Below, piece by piece: positions 60,979-64,000 of a stretch of 64,000 nt of DNA (positions are counted from its first letter, which is position 1; every line of letters begins with the position of its first letter). Below the pieces are notes generated by a model. The model saw nothing but the letters and a program-made list of their open reading frames with translations, searched no databases and was not told the DNA's origin. The translations under genes and the position numbers were made by a program. The stretch lies in assembly GCA_965199755.1 (NCBI GenBank), contig CBDASZ010000001.1, forward strand, positions 224,001 through 288,000. Direction: 5' to 3'. This stretch comes from an uncultured candidatus Porisulfidus sp. GTDB lineage: Bacteria > Pseudomonadota > Gammaproteobacteria > Poriferisulfidales > Poriferisulfidaceae.

Positions 60979-62357
60979 CAGTGCTTGTGCCCCTTCGCGC
61001 AGTCTCGAACAAAATCGACAAAGTACTGCACCCATGCGCACCGCTGCGTATGGCGCAAGTGACAGTAGTTCGCGAACAGATTGCCGAGCACCATCCCGTC
61101 CTTGCCGCCAGTCGCGCCGACGCCCCGCGTCACCTGCCAGCCCCAGCGCAAGTTTGCGTCCAGATTCTCCAGGCGCGAATAATGAAATTCATGCGCCGGT
61201 ATGCGGGAGCCTGCGGCAATGCCCGGCCAAAGGAAGTCGGATGAGGCTTCCAGTGTAACCAGTCCGCGCCCTTGGGGTCGTTCGTTCATAATGCAATCGC
61301 CGGGAATGAAACCCACCATTCTATGGGTTTGCCCTTGCCACGTCAGATTTTGGCACAGATACATGAGTCCGCCGCACTCCGCATAAGTTGGCAGACCGGC
61401 GCTGATTTGCTCATGCAACTGCGATTTGAGCGCTGTATTGGCGGCCAATGCGCCGGCTTGAGTCTCCGGGAAGCCGCCACCGAGCCACAGTCCGTCAATC
61501 TTCGGCAGTGTCTGTGCCTGCAGCGTGTCCACAGGCACCAGTTCCACGCCCTGTTGCGCGAACTGCTCCAGATCGTCCGCGTAATAAAACCCGAATGCCG
61601 CATCCCGCGCATAGCCGATGCGCAGATCCGGCTTCGTCGAGGGCGCAACTTGCGGTGAGAGCTGTATTTGCGGGCCGTTCGCTTGCTCCAGCAGCCGCTC
61701 CAGTTCCACGCCTTCGGCAACACAGCGCCCCATCGCGGTGATGCAGAAATCCGCATCATCGTGTTCAGAGTCAGTAATCAGTCCTAGATGGCGTTCGCTC
61801 AGTTGCATGTCGGAGGACTTGCCAACCGCACCGAGCACTGCAAGATCGGTGTGTTGTTCTATTGCCTGCACCAGCTTGGATTCATGACGGCTGCCGCCGG
61901 TGCGGTTGAGAATAATGCCGGCCCACTGCAAGTCTGTATCGAATTGCTGATACCCCAGCACTAGTGGGGCAACGCCGCGCGTCATGCCGTCGCAGTCAAG
62001 CGTCAGCAGAACGGGTGCCTGTAACAGTTTGGCCATGGCGGCATTGCTGTCGGAGCCGTCTTCGGCCACGCCGTCGAACAATCCCTTGGTGCCTTCAATC
62101 AGCGCTGCGTCCTCCCCATTGCGCGCGGCAGTACGTTGGATTTCCTCCGGCTCTTGCGTGTTGAAGTCCAGGTTGTAGCACGGCCTTCCCGCGGCCCGCG
62201 CAAGCCACGCGGGGTCAATGTAATCCGGGCCTTTTTTGAACGGCTGAATCGCAATGTTCTGTGCGCGCCACGCATGCAGCAAGCCCAGCGCCAGACACGT
62301 TTTACCGCTTGATTTGCGGCTGGCGGTGAGGTAGAGCCGGCGGTATTGGCCGGACAT
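60978..62357 (-). CDS. dsrN: Siroheme amidase DsrN (CbiA/CobB family)
   Basis: KSSGKT, FKKGPDYID, ERHLGL, GGGFPE, YAECGG, HEFHYS; directly follows dsrP. Confidence 0.88.
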   Translation of the reverse strand: MSGQYRRLYLTASRKSSGKTCLALGLLHAWRAQNIAIQPFKKGPDYIDPAWLARAAGRPCYNLDFNTQEPEEIQRTAARNGEDAALIEGTKGLFDGVAEDGSDSNAAMAKLLQAPVLLTLDCDGMTRGVAPLVLGYQQFDTDLQWAGIILNRTGGSRHESKLVQAIEQHTDLAVLGAVGKSSDMQLSERHLGLITDSEHDDADFCITAMGRCVAEGVELERLLEQANGPQIQLSPQVAPSTKPDLRIGYARDAAFGFYYADDLEQFAQQGVELVPVDTLQAQTLPKIDGLWLGGGFPETQAGALAANTALKSQLHEQISAGLPTYAECGGLMYLCQNLTWQGQTHRMVGFIPGDCIMNERPQGRGLVTLEASSDFLWPGIAAGSRIPAHEFHYSRLENLDANLRWGWQVTRGVGATGGKDGMVLGNLFANYCHLRHTQRCAWVQYFVDFVRDCAKGHKH

Positions 62358-62361
62358 GAGA

Positions 62362-63558
62362 TCAGTCCGCTGGTTGCGGATCAGACAGATCTTCCGGCAG
62401 GAATCCCAAGGCTCCCATCCCGGCAAGCAGCGCCATCAAGCTGATGGTCACACCCATGACACCAAGCATGAATTCCCAGAAACTCGGAATATAGGAAGCG
62501 ATCACGCCGTCGAAGAAGCTGCTGCTTTCAATCATGCCGGGGAACATCACCAGCGGATACGCCTGCCCGCCAATGATGATGACGTACAACTGAAACATTC
62601 CGCCGACGATGACCAGCACCGCACCGACCATGGTGCTAACACGGCAGTGGCGTGTTTTGGGGGAGTAGAACAGCGCCAGCGGCAGCAGCGCGCCGATGCC
62701 AATCTGGCCGAGCCAGAAGATTTTCGAGTACAGGCTCTCGAAGTTTAGAATAAACGCCTCGTAGCCGTGGTGCTCGGTCGCGTACAGATTGGTCAGGTGG
62801 TAGGCCAGCACGAAATACAGCACGGTCGCGACGAAGATGCCCAGCAGGTTTTTGAGGCGCAGCACCAAAGCATCGCCCAGCGCACGGCCTGAGGCGCGGC
62901 AGCTGAACTCCAGAACCAGCAGAAAGACCGCGGTGCCGAAGGAGAACGACATCATAATGAACAGCGGTGCCATAATTGCCGCGTCGTACCCCTGTCGCGC
63001 CACCAGAAACCCGAAGATCGCACCGGTACCAGTGGTGAGGATCAGACGCCAGAGCAGGGCGAGGATGCCGGCGGCGCGGGTGTAGCGCGCTAGCGCGGGT
63101 TGAAACAGCACCCACAAGTACACCGCAATGACCGCCAGCAGGCCGGTATACAGGAAAATATTCCAGGCGAAAATGGACTTGAAGTTGTAGTAGGTCATCG
63201 CCACGATCAGACGATCCGGGCGACCCAGGTCCAGCACCAGAATGGTCAGTCCGCCGATCAGCAAGGCACCCGCCAGCAACCCGGACAGGCGCGCCAGCGG
63301 CTTGTAGTCAACTTTACCGAATACCGAAGCGATAGAGGCGACATTCAGCGCGCCGGAGGCAGCGACAATCAGGAACACCGCAAACACGTGCGGAATGCCC
63401 CACACGATCTGATTGTTCATGCCGGTGATCCAGTGGCCTTCATGCTCCAGATGCAGAAATCCCAGAAAGCCCAGCCCCAGCAGTGCGCCCATCACCGCGA
63501 GCGTACCCCAGTAAGGACGCCCGGTATCCAGCGTGGCATAGCGAACCGGTACCATCAA
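62362..63558 (-). CDS. dsrP: DsrP (NrfD/PsrC family membrane subunit)
   Basis: TGM.NQIVWG.PHVFAVFLIVAASGALN, DLGRPDR, about 10 TM. Confidence 0.92.
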   Translation of the reverse strand: MMVPVRYATLDTGRPYWGTLAVMGALLGLGFLGFLHLEHEGHWITGMNNQIVWGIPHVFAVFLIVAASGALNVASIASVFGKVDYKPLARLSGLLAGALLIGGLTILVLDLGRPDRLIVAMTYYNFKSIFAWNIFLYTGLLAVIAVYLWVLFQPALARYTRAAGILALLWRLILTTGTGAIFGFLVARQGYDAAIMAPLFIMMSFSFGTAVFLLVLEFSCRASGRALGDALVLRLKNLLGIFVATVLYFVLAYHLTNLYATEHHGYEAFILNFESLYSKIFWLGQIGIGALLPLALFYSPKTRHCRVSTMVGAVLVIVGGMFQLYVIIIGGQAYPLVMFPGMIESSSFFDGVIASYIPSFWEFMLGVMGVTISLMALLAGMGALGFLPEDLSDPQPAD

Positions 63559-64000
63559 AATAGTCCCTGATAGCGCACGCCGGTATTCAGTCGCAGATCA
63601 GCACGGATCTGGGTCGCGCCGAACTGCGCGATGCGCTTGGCAATCTCACTGTCCGGATCGTTCAGATCGCCGAACAAAATAGCCTGATGGCCGGCCTTCG
63701 TGCAGGCATCGGCACAGGCCGTGCTGTGGTCGTTTTCATCTTGCCGGTGCACGCACAGTGTGCAACTCTCCACGCAGCCCTTGCCGCGTGGCGCATGCGG
63801 CAGTTGCTCGTCCAGATTCTCGTGAATGAAGGACCGCGCCTTGTACGGGCAGGCCATCATGCAGTAGCGACAGCCGATGCAGGTGTGCTTGTCCACCAGT
63901 ACGATACCGTCTTCGCGGCGAAACGACGCGCCGGTCGGGCAGACGTCCACGCAGGGCGGGTGTTCGCAGTGCTGACACATCATCGGCATGGAGACGCTGC
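63555..64000 (-). CDS. dsrO: DsrO 4Fe-4S protein (3' part, truncated by window)
   Basis: CQHCEHPPCVDVCP, CIGCRYCMMACPY, upstream of dsrP. Confidence 0.92.
   Translation of the reverse strand, partial: SVSMPMMCQHCEHPPCVDVCPTGASFRREDGIVLVDKHTCIGCRYCMMACPYKARSFIHENLDEQLPHAPRGKGCVESCTLCVHRQDENDHSTACADACTKAGHQAILFGDLNDPDSEIAKRIAQFGATQIRADLRLNTGVRYQGLF

Noticed and set aside
60978-62357. Cobalamin biosynthesis gene cbiA/cobB
   Set aside because: Position after dsrOP and absence of other cob genes indicate DsrN

Overview
Chromosomal window from a GC-rich gammaproteobacterium that appears to be a sulfur oxidiser. It has soxXYZAKB(W) without soxCD, converging on the 3' end of a reverse-dsr cluster (dsrO-P-N), plus an orphan CbbQ-type ATPase and an alpha-carbonic anhydrase. 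The backbone is housekeeping: atpGDC-glmU-glmS, orn, nadB/rpoE-rseAB-degP-lepA, engB/c4/dsbA, polA, a TRAP transporter, uvrD, ubiB/ubiK/ubiE, ispA, xerC, dapF, rpe, and tRNA-Arg(CCT) and tRNA-Val(CAC). There are two accessory blocks. The first is an AT-richer nuclease/defence islet at the glmS (attTn7) site. The second is the best candidate for an undescribed system: a tightly coupled 9-gene envelope operon (~34.8-44.3 kb) encoding a MotA/TolQ/ExbB channel subunit, two ExbD-like Asp-TM/coiled-coil/VWA proteins, a PEGA plus non-catalytic FGE-fold protein, a lipoprotein, a long disordered exported protein and a possible actin-fold protein, i.e. a putative ion-driven trans-envelope motor. Several eroded remnants (TonB-dependent receptor, AAA-DUF4143, MNT) suggest ongoing gene decay. 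No CRISPR array, rRNA or intact transposase was seen. All family assignments come from motif recognition only; no searches were run.
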